Below, piece by piece: positions 50,178 through 63,390 of a stretch of DNA of 64,000 nucleotides; within the stretch, counting starts at the first letter, position 1; every line of letters starts with the position of its first letter. The position numbers and the translations under genes were made by a program. The notes beneath the pieces were generated by a model. It was not told the DNA's origin. It worked only from the letters and a program-made list of their open reading frames with translations, and did not search any database. The stretch is from positions 26,144,542 to 26,208,541 of the forward strand of contig NC_057719.1 of assembly GCF_004010195.1 (NCBI RefSeq), given 5' to 3'. This DNA comes from Chiloscyllium plagiosum (lineage: Eukaryota).

Positions 50178-51055
50178 AATGGTAAAGTCCTGGGGAGTGT
50201 TGCTGAACAAAGAGACACTGGAGTGCAGGTAGATAGGATGGTGAAGAAGGCGTTTGGTATGCTTTCTTTTATTGGTCAGAGTATTGAGTACAGGAGTTTG
50301 GATGAGCTCTAGGGAGAGGCTGAACAGGCTGGGGCTGTTTTCTCTGGAGCGTTGGAGGTTGAGGGGTGATTTTATAGAGGTTTACAAAATCATGAGGGGC
50401 ATGGACGGGATAAATAGACAAAGTCTTTTCCCTGGGGTCGGTGAGTCCAGAACTAGAGAGCATAGGTTTAGGGTGAGTGGGCAAAGATATAAAAGAGACC
50501 TAAGGGGCAACATATTCACACAGAGGGTGGTACGTGTATGGAATGAGCTGCCACAGGAAGTGGATTGAGCCTGGTACAATTGCAACATTTGAAAGGCTTT
50601 TGGATGGGCATATGAGTAGAAAGGGTTTAGAGGGATATGGGCCGTGTGCTGGCAGATGGGACTAGATTGGGTCGGCACGGTGGCACAGTGGTTAGCACTG
50701 CTGCCTCACAGCGCCAGAGACCCGGGTTCAACTCCTGCCTCAGGCAACTCTCTGTGTGGAGTTTGCACATTCTCCCCGTGTCTGCGTGGGTTTCCTCCGG
50801 GTACTCCGGTTTCCTCCCACAATCCAAAAATGCGCAGGTTAGGTGAATTGGCCATGCTAAATTGCCCGTAGTGTTAGGTGAAGGGGTAAATGTAGGAGTA
50901 TAGGTCTGGGTGGTATACGCTTCGCCGGGTCGGTGTGGACTTGTTGGGCCGAAGGGCCTGTTTCCACACTGTAAGTAATCTAATATCTGCTTGGCATGGA
51001 CGGGTTGGACCGAAGAGTCTGTTTCCATGCTGTACATCTCTATGACTCTATGATC
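50178..51055 (+). mobile_element. CR1 3' fragment with internal deletions, interrupted by a SINE
   Basis: RERLNRLGLFSLERWRLRGD...WNELP; 3' UTR resumes at ~50985. Confidence 0.9.
50672..50984 (+). mobile_element. Full-length young HE1-like SINE
   Basis: GGCACGGTGGCACAGTGGTTAGCAC...GGGTTCAACTCC...CCTGTTTCCACACTGTAAGTAATCTAAT. Confidence 0.93.
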
Positions 51056-51084
51056 TCTTGTTGAAGAACTGGGTTGTGGCAATG

Positions 51085-51732
51085 GCATCAGCGGTGGTGA
51101 GAGAGCCTAACCCAGACACCAGTGGGCCCAGAACAAACACATTGCAGTGATGTTGAAAGTGGGGTTTGGTTTTCCGGTGTCTGCTGCAGCGACATGGCAG
51201 TCCTAGCACCACTCTCGAGTGCTCCGGTGAGGGCGTTTGGATTTATGGTGACATCTGCATCCAGCGCAGGCTCATGGAGGCAGCGGCGGAGGTGAGCTTG
51301 GGTCCAGGACAAGACCTGGCAGCATTAGGAGCAGCTGCATCAGCGAGGTGGGTCTGAAGGGACTCATGGCGGAGTGGAGTTTGGGATGGTGTGGTACTGG
51401 TTGGCCTAGGTGGGGTTTGCATGGTCAAGGTCCAGCAATGACATTGGTGGTGGTGAGATGACACCGAAGAGTCGTGCCTTTCATTCCAATGGCGGCAGTG
51501 TGGCAAAGGGGACTCTGGCATGTCCACTATGCCCATGGCCCTTGGCACAGCACGTAACAAGAAGGACTGTAAATTTGAATACTTTTTCTTTATTGTTTCT
51601 GCCTGTATATTCTATATGTTGGTTTATTTTCCTGTATTCGAAGATGGCGCCAGAGAGTGGCGACACTCTGCAACACTTTTCACGGTGTTTTGTAATAAAA
51701 TACACGTGACAATAAATAAATCAAATCAAACC
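51085..51732 (+). mobile_element. GC-rich non-autonomous retroposon with a Rex1/Babar-like 3' end
   Basis: Ends ACTTTTCACGGTG...TACACGTGACAATAAATAAATCAAATCAAA. A similar 3' end lies on the minus strand at ~15060-15100. Family assignment is from memory only. Confidence 0.4.
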
Positions 51733-52288
51733 AAAAACCCAGACAAATAGCAAGATAACCTTCCTGCTCAAGTAGAATATGGTTTATTTTGTATGCCTGC
51801 TTTATTTACTTAATTTTTGTCTGACTTTATGTGAAACACAATAAGAAATGTTTATTGACATTTTTGATTCAAAAATACAGAATTGCTTCTTGCAGCAGAT
51901 TGTTCCAGTCCACCAAATCTAATTAGTGTAGTTACTGTAATGGAAATTAGACACAGTTATAGGAGGGGGAGTAAAAGAGATGGTACCAGAAATGATATCC
52001 TAAATCTGACATCTGAAAAAAATGTAAATCATGACAAAGCTTGGAGATATATTATCCAAATCATTATATTGTGACATTTAATTAGAAAGTTAACTCTGAG
52101 CACCAAGATAATGTTTCAAATCTGGAGTTATTAAAAGAAGATGGATTTTTGGTATCATGTTCAATTACATTTTCTTCATGAATGAAAATGATTTTTTTTT
52201 CTGGAAATTTTGGCCAGAGATAATTCTGTGGTGAATTTTAGCTCTTTGACCTTCATTATGTGAATAACATAGACAGGGCAAAGGAAAG

Positions 52289-53715
52289 CAGGAGCAAATT
52301 ACTACAGATGCTGGAATCTGAACTGAAAATAAAATATTCTGAACATCAGAGCAGGTCAGGTGGCACTCATGGGGAGAAAGTGAGCTAACTTTTTTGATTT
52401 CAAAAATATACTTTATTCATAGAAAATAAATCTTTGGTACATAGTCAAAGGTGTTTTTTCTTCACAAATTTCTTCACAAGGGGCAGGTGATACGGAACGG
52501 TCCAACTATTTGAAGCGTACCACAGCAACGAGGCCAGGCTCATCTTTCCCAAAACCGGGGACAAGTAGAACCTCAGTACGTAGTGACACTTGGTGTTTGC
52601 GTACCGGGGAACCACACACAGCTTGATGCAGCCACACACAAAGGTAGCCATCAGGGTGAGGGTAGCATTGGGTGTGTTTTTTCTCCCCCTTTCTCCAGAT
52701 CTTTATACATGGTATCTCTTCAGACACGGTCCATCTTTGATCTCCACATGAAGTGGAAGATTGCACCACTGGCTGCGGCAGCGCAGGTTCGGGGGATAGG
52801 CCAGACCTGTGCCGTGTACAACAACACAGAGAATACCTCACACCAGAATACCAGGCTTTTACCTGTGATGGAGAGTGACCATTGCTTCCATCTGGCCAGT
52901 TTCTGCCTCGTTTTGGTGACACGCTCCTCCCAAGTCTTGGTGCACGCCCCAGCCCCTCCAAACAAAATACTCAGCACCTTTCCATGTAACTGCAGAAGGA
53001 ACAAAATCTGCCCCTTCACCTCCTCCCTGCTCACCATCCAAGGTCCTAAACAATCTTTCCTAGTGAAGCAGCATTTCACCTGTACCTACTCCAGTCTTGT
53101 GTATTGTATTTGCTGCACTTAATGTGGCCTACTCTACATTGGACAAAGCAAACGCAGACTGTGACTGCTTTGAGAAACACCTTTGGTCCACTAGCAAGTA
53201 TGACCCTGACCTTCCCGTATAGTGTCCTGATCAACAGACAGTATGTCTGCACGCTCCAGCGAATCACAACTCATGCTGGAGGAGTAACGTCTCATCTTTA
53301 AACTCGGCAGTTTACAACCATCTGTGCTCAATATTGAGTTTAACACCTTCAAATTGTGAACTCATTTCTTCCCTTTCTTTCAGCTTTCCTTGTTACATTC
53401 TCTGTGACCCTCTCTCCCCTTCCCCCAACACCGTGAAACTGTCTGTTCTTTCCAGTCTGGTAGGTAGACACACCATTGTTCTGCCAATCTCACATACCGA
53501 TCACTTAATCTGAATTGTCAACATCCTTTCTCCCCCAGCACTCCAACCCGCAACATCCCTCCCTCAACCATAGTATAACTGCTGCCCCCTCCACACTTCC
53601 TGTCAACTCTGATGAAGAGTCATCTAGATTCAGAACGTTAGCTTGCTCTCTCTCTCTCTCTATGGATGCTGTATGACCCGGTGTGATCTCTAACATTTTT
53701 TTTTGTTTTCAGTGT
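52289..53715 (+). mobile_element. Penelope-like element (third family): inverted pLTR 52289-52388, body ~52970-53715
   Basis: CNCRRNKICPFTSSLLTIQGPKQSF..KQHFTCT..LVYCICC (GIY-YIG). Hammerhead-like CTGATGA-A-GAGTC-ATCTA-GATTC at ~53608-53643. AAAGGAAAG duplicated at 52280-52288 and 53716-53724. Confidence 0.85.
52389..52970 (-). mobile_element. Tx1/L1-clade LINE fragment with AATAAA and A-tail, nested in the PLE
   Basis: KTWEERVTKTRQKLARWKQWSLSITGKSLV...FHFMWRSKMDRV; minus-strand ATGAATAAAG...AAAAAAA end at 52389-52420. Confidence 0.85.
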
Positions 53716-54714
53716 AAAGGAAAGGTTTGTCTGTGTGTGAAAAAAAATTGCAGAACTGTCAATGGTATTTTCAATAAAAACTGAAACAACTGCGGATACT
53801 GTAAATCAAAGACAAAAACAGAAATTGCTGGAAAAGAACTGTTCTTAGGAAGGGTCACTCAACCTAAAACATTAACTCTGATGTCTCTCCACAAATGCTA
53901 CCAGACCTGCTGAGCTTTCCCAGCAGTTTCTAGTTTTGTCAATGATAATTTTATCTTGATAAAAGCACAACAGTATGAGCACTTTACGCCTATTCAACAA
54001 TGAACGAGAACTTAGCTAAAACATGGCATTAGCTCAGATTAATGAAAGTGAATGTAAAGCTGATGTTTGGAAGATATTTGTCATGCAGCAATGATGAACA
54101 TTGGAATGGATTTTTTGATATGCTGGAGCAGGGTGTTATAGATAGGGGCAACGTAGGGAACTTATTTTATTTGTCTTGCCTCCTATCCAGCCAGATTAAA
54201 TTTCAAATGAACTGTGTATATTTCCCAATCTCCTGCCTGTGAAGTCAATTTTTAAAGTGACTCCTGGTATACACATTATTAGATCGACATGCCAATGAAT
54301 CACTTCTGCTTACAGAAGCTGATGCCCTATACAAAGCTCAGCAGTGCCCACAGTGGAAGTTTGGAGAGAATGTTTCAGTTGAGGACTTCAGTCGTGATTA
54401 TTAGCACTTTTGCATGCATAATGGGTTTCAATACGTCTTCTTTGTTGTCAGTTCTGGTTCAAAATTGAAAGATCTGTGCCCTCATTGTCTTACTATGCTT
54501 GCCGTATCATGGAATTATACGTATAAAAATTCCTCAAGAATGATGGGTTAGCATTCTACACTGGCTGTGCCTAGAACAGTACAGTATCAACATGTGAATC
54601 ATGTAATCTGGAGCAGCCACTTTAGTCCAGCAAAGTCCATTTTTTAAGTTATATAAGAAAGTAAATATGATCCTGAGGGAACTTGACCAGGTGGATATTG
54701 AAAGCACTTTCCTC

Positions 54715-55256
54715 ATAGAGTCATGGAAACCTACAGCATGGAAACAGACCCTTCGGTCCAACTAATCCATGCTGACCAAATCTCCTAAATTAATCTAGTC
54801 TCATTTTCCAGCAGTTAGCCCATATCCCTCTAAACCCTTCCTCTTCATATACCCATCCAGATGCCTTTTGAACATTGTAATTGTACCAGCTTCCACCGCT
54901 TCCTCTGGCAGTTCATTCCATACATGCACCACCCTCTGTGAGAAAACATTGCCCCTTAGGTCCCTTTTAAACCTTTCCCCCCTCACCTTAAACTGATGCC
55001 CTCTAGTTCTGGACTCCCCCACCCGAGGGAAAAGACCTTGTCTATTTACCCTATCCATGCCCCTCATGATTTTATAAACCTCTATATGGTTACCCTTCAG
55101 CCTTCAACGCTCCAGGGTAAACAGTCCCAGCCTTTTCAGCCTCTCCCAATAGCTCAAACCCTCCAACCCTGGAAACATCCTTGTAAATCTTTTCTGAGCC
55201 CTTTTAAGTTTCACAACATCCTTCCTACAGGAGGGAGACCAGAATTGCACGCAATA
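54715..55256 (-). mobile_element. CR1 3' fragment
   Basis: MRGMDRVNRQGLFPRVGESRTRGH...WNELP. Confidence 0.92.
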
Positions 55257-56237
55257 TGTGGAAGAGTCTAGAACTAGTAGTCATAGTTTAAAAATAGGTG
55301 GACATCTATTGAAAATAGATGAGGAAACATTTTTTTTTCTGTCAGGGTATTGTGAGTCTTTGGAATTCCCTTCTTCAAAAAGATGTAGAATTTTTAAATA
55401 TTTTTAAGGCAGGGGTAGAGAGGTTCTTGATTACCAAGAAATGGAAGATTATCAGACATATGCAGGAATGTAGAGTTACAGTTAAAATCAGATTAACCAA
55501 ATCTTACTGAATGGCAGAGCAGACACGAAGGGCCGAGTGTCCCGCACTTGTTCCTTGTTTGTATATTCTTAAGTTTATATATATTTTTTAAAATCATGTC
55601 TCTAATGTCTTATTGACCTGACAGTAGGCAAACCTTAATGTTATTCAATAGCTAACCGGGTTGCACTAAGGGTCTGGTGACATTTTCGATCTATATCTGA
55701 TCTTGTGATCTGCTTACTAAATAGTAATTCTGATCTACCTATTTTTCAACAGGCAATCCTTTTTCCTTTAACTAGTCCCACTGGGCATGAGAATCTCAGT
55801 AGTCACTTTGCTGGATCCGACTGATTTGGACGAGCTGTGAAAATCTCTTTGCCAGCTCTCCCCCATCTCTGCTTATCGTGACACCATGTATTCCTGGTTT
55901 CACTGTCAATACAGCTGGTCATGTCTTCTGCTGCGTGGGTTTGTTACTACAACATTTTGTATTTTTCCTCAAGCAAACATATCTGCATTGATATTGATGT
56001 CTATTTCTCCAAAACAGGAAATGTGACATTACTACTATTCTGTTTCACACAGCTGGTGCACGCAAACATTATCAGATATCATGCCATTAATTTTTTCATC
56101 TGTTAATTTAAAATGACCATTTAAACAATCAACAAATTTCAGATTTGCAAGATACAAATACAACAGATTTCTTCATCACTGGGCAACATTTTTTGAAATA
56201 ACTTATGAATAGAGTTTTCTCTGGAAACAATTGACAC

Positions 56238-56975
56238 TTTTTGTCATTTACATAAATGATTTGGATGCGAGCATAAGAGGTACAGTAGTAAGTTTGCAGA
56301 CGACACCAAAATTGGAGGTGTAGTGGACAGCGAAGAGGGTTACCTCAGATTACAACAGGATCTTGATCAGATGGACCAATGGGCTGAGAAGTGGCAAATG
56401 GTGTTTAATTCAGATAAATGCGAGGTGCTGCATTTTGGAAAAGCAAATCTTAGCACGACTTTTACACTTAATGGTAAGGTCCTAGGGAGTGTTGCTGAAC
56501 AAAGAGACCTTGGAGTGCAGGTTCATAGCTCCTTGAAAGTGGAGTCGCAGGTAGATAGAATAGTGAAGAAGGCGTTTGGTTTGCTTTCCTTTATTGGTCA
56601 GAGTATTGAGTACAGGAGTTGGGNNNNNNNNNNNNNNNNNNNNNNNNNNNNNNNNNNNNGGGAGTCCAGAACTAGAGGGCATAGGTTTAGGGTGAGAGGG
56701 GAAAGATATAAAAGAGACCTGAGGGGCAACTTTTTCACGCAGAGGGTGGTACGTGTAAAGAATGAGCTGCCAGAGGAAGTGGTGGAGGCTGGTACAATTG
56801 CAACATTTGAGAGGCATTTGAATGGATATATGAATAGGAAGGGTTTGGAGGGATATGGGCTGGGTGCTGGCAGGTGGGACTAGGTTGAGTTGGGATATCT
56901 GGTCGGCATGGACAGGTTGGATCGAAGGGTCTGTTTCCATGCTGTACATCTCTCTGACCCTGTGACTCTATGACA
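56238..56975 (+). mobile_element. CR1 3' fragment containing a 36-N gap (56624-56659)
   Basis: KFADDTKIGG, LQQDLDQM..WAEKWQM.FNSDKC, tail GACTCTATGAC. Confidence 0.93.
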
Positions 56976-57126
56976 CTCTGCCTGAAATTGTGTGGATTGT
57001 TGAATTGCTTGGAGTCTGCAACATTTAATTTCTCTTTGATAGGTACTCATCTTGGTCTCAGCCTTATTAACAATGGAGCCACTGATAAGTTATTTTCCAA
57101 CTATTAGGAGGTTAGGTGAGGAGTTT

Positions 57127-57438
57127 TAGATTAGATTCCCTACAGTGTGGAAACAGGCCCTTTCGCCCAACCAGTCTACACTGACCCTCCGAAGAGTAAC
57201 CCACCCAGACCCATTTCCCTCTGACTAATGCACCTAACATTATGGGCAATTTAGTATGGCCAATTCACCTGCACATCATTGAACTGTGGAAGGAAACCAG
57301 AACACCCAGAGGAGACCCACACAGACACGGGAAGAACGTGCAAACACCACACAGACAGTTACCCAAGGCTGGGGTCGAACCTGGGACTCTGGTGCTCTGA
57401 GGCAGCAGTACTAACCACTGAGCCACTGTGCCACCAGG
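57127..57438 (-). mobile_element. HE1-like SINE
   Basis: Reverse complement of the 34248-type copy with (GATTA)n tail. Confidence 0.9.
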
Positions 57439-58844
57439 GTGTTTGCCTAGTTTTCCATAGATATGTCCCTGCACTATTCTTTAAGGCCACGTGTTCGGAA
57501 TTCTATTTATTAGGTTAAGAAGTTGCTCCTAAATACTCTATTTAATTCATTTATGACTAATATTTATGATATCTGGATTTGGATTTGTCAATAACAGCTG
57601 CTATATGATAGCCAGCCACCCGGCTTATAGCTAGGCTTGCCTCATGCCTAAGAAAACCTCTTCAAAGACTAGTTCTGAAAGAAACCTGGCCTAGATTTTC
57701 TGAGGAGTGCAATCTCATGCAGAATGCCTCTGCGCTTTTTTTTAATGTGAAATGAAACAGCTTTTCTGACAGAAAATTCCAATCAGGGTTCCTTCAGAAA
57801 TGCAGACTCGTACATCCATTCCAACAAGTCTCTCATAGCATCAAGGAGTCTGGGAAGAGAAACCTCCTTTTTCACAGCAGCCGGTTGATGTACTTTGAAA
57901 CTTGAAGTTCCAGTATCACAGATAGCCACATGGAAAGCTTCTGTGGAAGGGTAAATACATTAGATAAGCATGCTATTAGGGTGCCAGGAGGGTATGTTAT
58001 CAAGTGTGTATGGATGTAGATGCCAGGTAGGTCAGGTGCCAGTAAGGAGACAACCAAGAGTACGGTGTAGCATGCCAATGAGTAGGGCATGGGTTAAGTC
58101 CTGGGAGTGGTAGGGCGGTGAGAGGGGAAGGGATGCAGAGGGGTTAAAGGCATCAAAGAGGTAGAAAATACCCAGCCAGGAATAGATTGCCAGGTGGTTA
58201 AATTGTAGGGTGCCAGGTGAGTAGGGTGCCAGATGAGTTATGTCCCAAGACACAAGGTGACAAGGTGTCCAGGTAGGATTGGGGTGATTGGAGTGACAGG
58301 GTAGTGTTGGGTGTGTCGGACATATCAGTCTTGTTGGGAGCAGAGGATGGTGTCTGGTCTGGTTGGGGTTCAGATCCAGCAACGGGCAGGAGTTTGGGGT
58401 CCAGCAACAAGGGTGGAAATGGGGGAGGGGGTGGGGGTGGGTAGAGTGAGGTGGTATGGTGACTGGTCTTGAGCGGATCTGGAGGAGAGGGGTTGTGTCG
58501 GATTCTGAATGGGGAAAATCATGTTGAGACTGGCAAGGGGATGGGAGGAGTGTTCTGAAGAATGGCCACTGGACCAAAATGTTAACTCTGTTTCTCTCTT
58601 CACAGGTGCTGTCTGACTGCTGAGCTTCTCCAGCAAATTTTGTTTTAAAGTCTCTTTTTACCTGCATAGCTATTTAATTAACTGCAGCAGAACCCTTCAA
58701 GTTCTCTGGTTTAAATTGAGACTGGGTAGAGATTGAGAGCAGGATTTCTACCTCAGAATGGGGCCAGAAATGGAAGTGAACACACGTCACTTTGTGGCAC
58801 TAGCTGGTGTGATAACACCACACCATCCCTTGCACCATCGTCCC

Positions 58845-59195
58845 AGTTTATAAAATATGAGGAGTACAGATAGAGTTAATGGTCGTTGTCTTTTCCCTAG
58901 GATGGGGGATTCAAGACTAGGGAGCACCTTTTTAAGGTGAAAGGCAAAGAGATTTTAAAAAGACACGAGGGTACACTGTTTACACAGAGGGTGATTCGCG
59001 TGTGGCGTGAACTTCCTGAGGAAGTGGTGGATATGGGTACGATTGCAACATTTGGATGGATACATGAATAGGAAAGGTTTGAAAGGATATGGCCTGGAGC
59101 AGGTAGGTGGGACTAGTTTAGTTTGGGATTATGTTCAGCATGGACTGGTTGGACTGAAGGGTCTGTTCCTGTGTTGTATGACTATATGGCTCTAT
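58845..59195 (+). mobile_element. CR1 3' end
   Basis: HLDGYMNRKGLKGYG plus CR1 3' UTR. Confidence 0.85.
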
Positions 59196-61194
59196 GATGG
59201 AGCAGATTAAAGGGTTTGAATGGTTTAATTGTGCTCCTATTTGTATGTTTAGAAAAGCACTGTTAGGATCCATATGTGCTTATATACTGTCTCCTAGACT
59301 AGCAATTACCCCTAATGGGTTAGGCTTACATTTATTCATCGTCAGTTGATAGAAATCTGGAGGTATATTTCATTTGGATTTAAGTTATATTTCTAATAAG
59401 TCAACTATCCCATTACTAAAAGCACAGAATCTTAGAGGTAAATTTATGTTGTGTCTTGGACTACACGTTACAAATAATTAATAGGCCTTGTGCATAGTAA
59501 TTATAATTCACAGGACAGGCTGAAGCATGTTAGCTTTTAAAAATCCAAATACTTCAAAAAAACGTAAACATCAAAGTACTGGGTTGGTGTCAGTTTCCGA
59601 CTACTATCTGGAGACAGGTTATTACTGTACACAAGAAATTGGATAATTTCATGATTAGCAGCAACTTAAAGTTCCAAACCAGCAGCTAGACTGCTATTTC
59701 AAGAAAATTGGAATGAGGATAAGACATTCAGCCTCTTAAGTTTGTTCTGCTATTCAGTTACATTAAGCCTAATTTGTACATCAACTTCATTTATCTGTCT
59801 TCCAAGCATATCTCTTTGTAGTCTTACCTCACATAAATCAATAAAGTTCAGTCTTGAAATTTCCAATTGACTAATTTGGCCTTTGGTGAAGAGAATTCAA
59901 GATTTTCACAATTCTTTGTGCAATAAAGTGCTTTCTGATTTCATTTCTAAATTATTTAGCTCTAATTTTAACATTATGCCCTCTTAATCTGGACTCGACA
60001 TTTCATTATAGGAGGTTCAACATCACAAATGGAACACAGGTGCGACCTGAACAAAGCTCCATACAACTTAAGTATCACTCTCTCATATTTAAATTTCAAT
60101 CCCACCCCATGCTCAATGAGAAAAAGACAAATATTCCATTCACATCTTTGACTACATTTCCTTGTCCACTAATGTGGAGTGACATTTTGCATCCTAACAT
60201 AGTGTAACTTGTAAGGTTGGATACTCAGAGGTTATTTGGGTGGAACTGAGAAATAAGAAAGGGATGATCACCTTATTGGGATTGTATTATAGTCCAAGAG
60301 AATGCTGCTTTGATCCCCACACTGTCTTGCAGCTCAGTCCATGACTAGCCCACTTCATAAGGTTACCTCCAATTCCATGCAGTCTAACCTTTGTTAATAA
60401 TTTTTCAAAAGTTGTTTTCAATATTTTTAAGGTCAAACTATTTACATGTGATAGATTGACTTGATGATTAAAAATGCATATTTTTATGATAAATTATTTT
60501 CCATTCTTAACTGTGTTAAACAGCAGATTTTTAAAAGCAAAATTGTCAAAACAAATGTCACATAATGTACCATTTATGTTGGTTCATGCCAGATTTAGCT
60601 TTAATTGATGTGCAACTGAGTTTGAGTGGAAAATAAGTGTGGGGCAATGTTAATGAGGGAATGCAATTCTCAAAACTCATGGACGTTTTGGTACAATTTG
60701 TACCTGGATTGCCGAATATGCTCAAAGCAAAATCTCCACTCCACTTCGCGGTATGGAGAGTGTGTTGCTGGAAAAGCACAACAGGTCAGGCAGCATCCAA
60801 GGAGTAGGAGAATTGACTCAATTGCATTCACATATTTGATACATCTGGATGTAGGTCTGAGAAATTAAACTGTATGAATAATAATAGGGCTTTCAATTTC
60901 TGTTCATTGAAACACTAATAAAATGCTTCTTAAAATCACAGTATTGATTATATATCACTATGATTTACTATGAATGCAAGATCTTGAAGCTTTCAGTTCA
61001 TAGCAGAAGTAAAACAAGTCAAGACAGACATTTGGATTATACACTTTGGAATATATAAGGAGAAGGGGTTTGCAATAAATTTATGGATTTTATTATTGAT
61101 TGAGCAGTTTCAGTTTGTGTACACATGTTGTAAAAATAATCTTAAATTAAGAAATGGTATAGTGCTTTATTATGGTAGGCAAGCACTGATTATA

Positions 61195-61920
61195 GAACAT
61201 AGAATATAGAAGAATACAGCGCAGCACAGGCCCTTTGGCCCTCGATGTTGCGCCGATCCAAGCCCACCTAACCTACACTAGCCCACTATCCTCCATATGC
61301 CTATCCAATGCCCGCTTAAATGCCCATAAAGAGGGAGTGTCCGCCACTGCTACTGGCAGAGCATTCCATGAACTCACGACTCGCCGAGTAAAGAACCTAC
61401 CCCTAACATCTGTCCTATACCTACCACCCCTTAATTTAAAGCTATGCCCCCTCGTAATAGCTGACTCCATACGTGGAAAAAGGTTCTCACGGTCAACCCT
61501 ATCTAAACCCCTAATCATCTTATACACCTCTATCAAGTCACCCCTAAACCTTCTTTTCTCCAATGAAAACAACCCCAAGTGCCTCAGCCTTTCCTCATAC
61601 GATCTTCCTACCATACCAGGCAACATCCTGGTAAACCTCCTCTGCACCCATTCCCGTGCCTTCACATCCTTCCTTTAGTATGGCGACCAAAACTACACAC
61701 AATACTCCAGATGCGGCCGCACCAGAGTCTTATACAACTGCAACATGATCTCAGGACTCCGGAACTCAATTCCTCTACCAATAAAAGCCAGTACGCCATA
61801 TGCCTTCTTCACCGCACTATTTATCTGGGTGGCAACTTTCCAAGATCTGTGTACATGGACACCAAGATCCCTCTGCTCATCCACACTACCCAGTATCCGA
61901 CCATTAGCCCAATACCCCAT
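61195..61920 (-). mobile_element. CR1 LINE (second subfamily) 3' part
   Basis: LYKTLVRPHLEYCV, VQRRFTRMLPGM..SYEERLRHLGLFSLEKRR; (AGAACAT)-type tail. Confidence 0.93.
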
Positions 61921-62571
61921 TTTTTTGTTACTCTTTATAAATTTTAAATTATAAATTTTACTAAAAATTAGCCATAGACTGCAAAGGTACCTCTCACCAT
62001 TAGCAAGACATTTGGTTATATGTACCTTAAGGGCACCATTATGCAAGCATGGGGCATGGTGAAGAGGCAATTGCCACAGCTGGTACACAGATTAAAACCA
62101 ATACTGGCATTATTCTGCATCATGCTTCAACCAACTAATATAACCAAAAACAGTTAATGCAACTCATTTTGGGAGTGATTTTCTTTTCCACTTTTGATGC
62201 ACAAGATACTTATTTCTCATTTGAAACATCTTTATTCAGTACTTGGTGAAGGTATTGTAGATATTAGTGGGATAGGTTATTAACAAGGCATTGTGTTTTT
62301 TTAATAAATTTTCTGAATTAACTTTTACATTTTCTAGCTAATTATATATTAAGATACAGTGCTACTGTATATCTTTACAATGTATTTATTTCTAATTTGT
62401 CTTAAATTTGCCATTATGAAGTATTGTGGGACAAGGGGTAGCATCTCCGTCTCTGGCCAAGAAGCTCCAAGAAGCTTCATGTCCCAGTTCAGAACTTGAC
62501 CGCTATGTAAGATGCCTTCATGATATGGCTGAACAGGTGAATTATCAACCTGACAACCTGGGGAAGAAGCT

Positions 62572-63390
62572 CTTAGGTTTCAGGAGAATACAAATGGATT
62601 GGTCAAATATGCAGATCAGTGGCAGATGGAATATTAACCTCATAAATGTGAGGTGATGCACTTTGGAAGCAGTGAGAAGACAAGGATGTACTCAATGAAT
62701 AGCAGGGCACTAGGAAGCTCAGAGGAACAAAAGAACCTGGGATGCTTGTACAAAGATCCTTGAAGGTGGCTGGATAGTGTAAAAGATAAGTAAAGAATAC
62801 AAGGGAGGTATTTGTCTTTAACAGACGTGGCAAAAAATTAGAAGAGCCAGGAGGTTATGTTGGAACTGCACATGATATTGGTCAGGCTACAGCTGGAGTA
62901 ATGTGTGCAGCTCTGGTCACCACACTATAGGAACAATGTGAGTGCAGAGGCAATTCACCAGAATATTGCCTGGGATGAGCATTTAAATTATGAAGTGAGA
63001 CTGAATAAGGTCAGTTGTAGATCAGAGAAGGCTGACAGGGGACCTGATTAAGGTGTATAAAATTACAAAGTGCTTGGAAAGGGTGGATGGCAAGTAGCTG
63101 TTCCCCTTAGTTGATGGGTCAATAACAAGGGGGGATAGGGTTATGGTGAAAGGCAGAAGGTTTAGAGGCAATTTGCAGAAAAACCTTTCACCCAGAGGTA
63201 ATCATCTGGAATACACTGTCTGGGAGGTTGTTGAGGCAGAAAACCTCACAAAGTATTTGAAAGAGCATTTTAAATGTCATAACATCCAAAACAATAGGCC
63301 AAGTACTAGAAAATGGCCTACTGTAGATTTAGAGTAGTTTTTGTCGGTGTAGACTCGATAGACTGAAGGGCCTCTTCTGTACTCTGTGAG
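62572..63390 (+). mobile_element. Old CR1 3' remnant
   Basis: Degenerate KCEVMHFG, VRLQLE*CVQLWSPH and RGNL motifs, plus 3' UTR. Confidence 0.75.

Noticed and set aside
58032..58667. 211-aa Pro/His-rich ORF
   Set aside because: It starts in a pLTR fragment and runs through G-rich low-complexity repeat sequence; no domain recognised.
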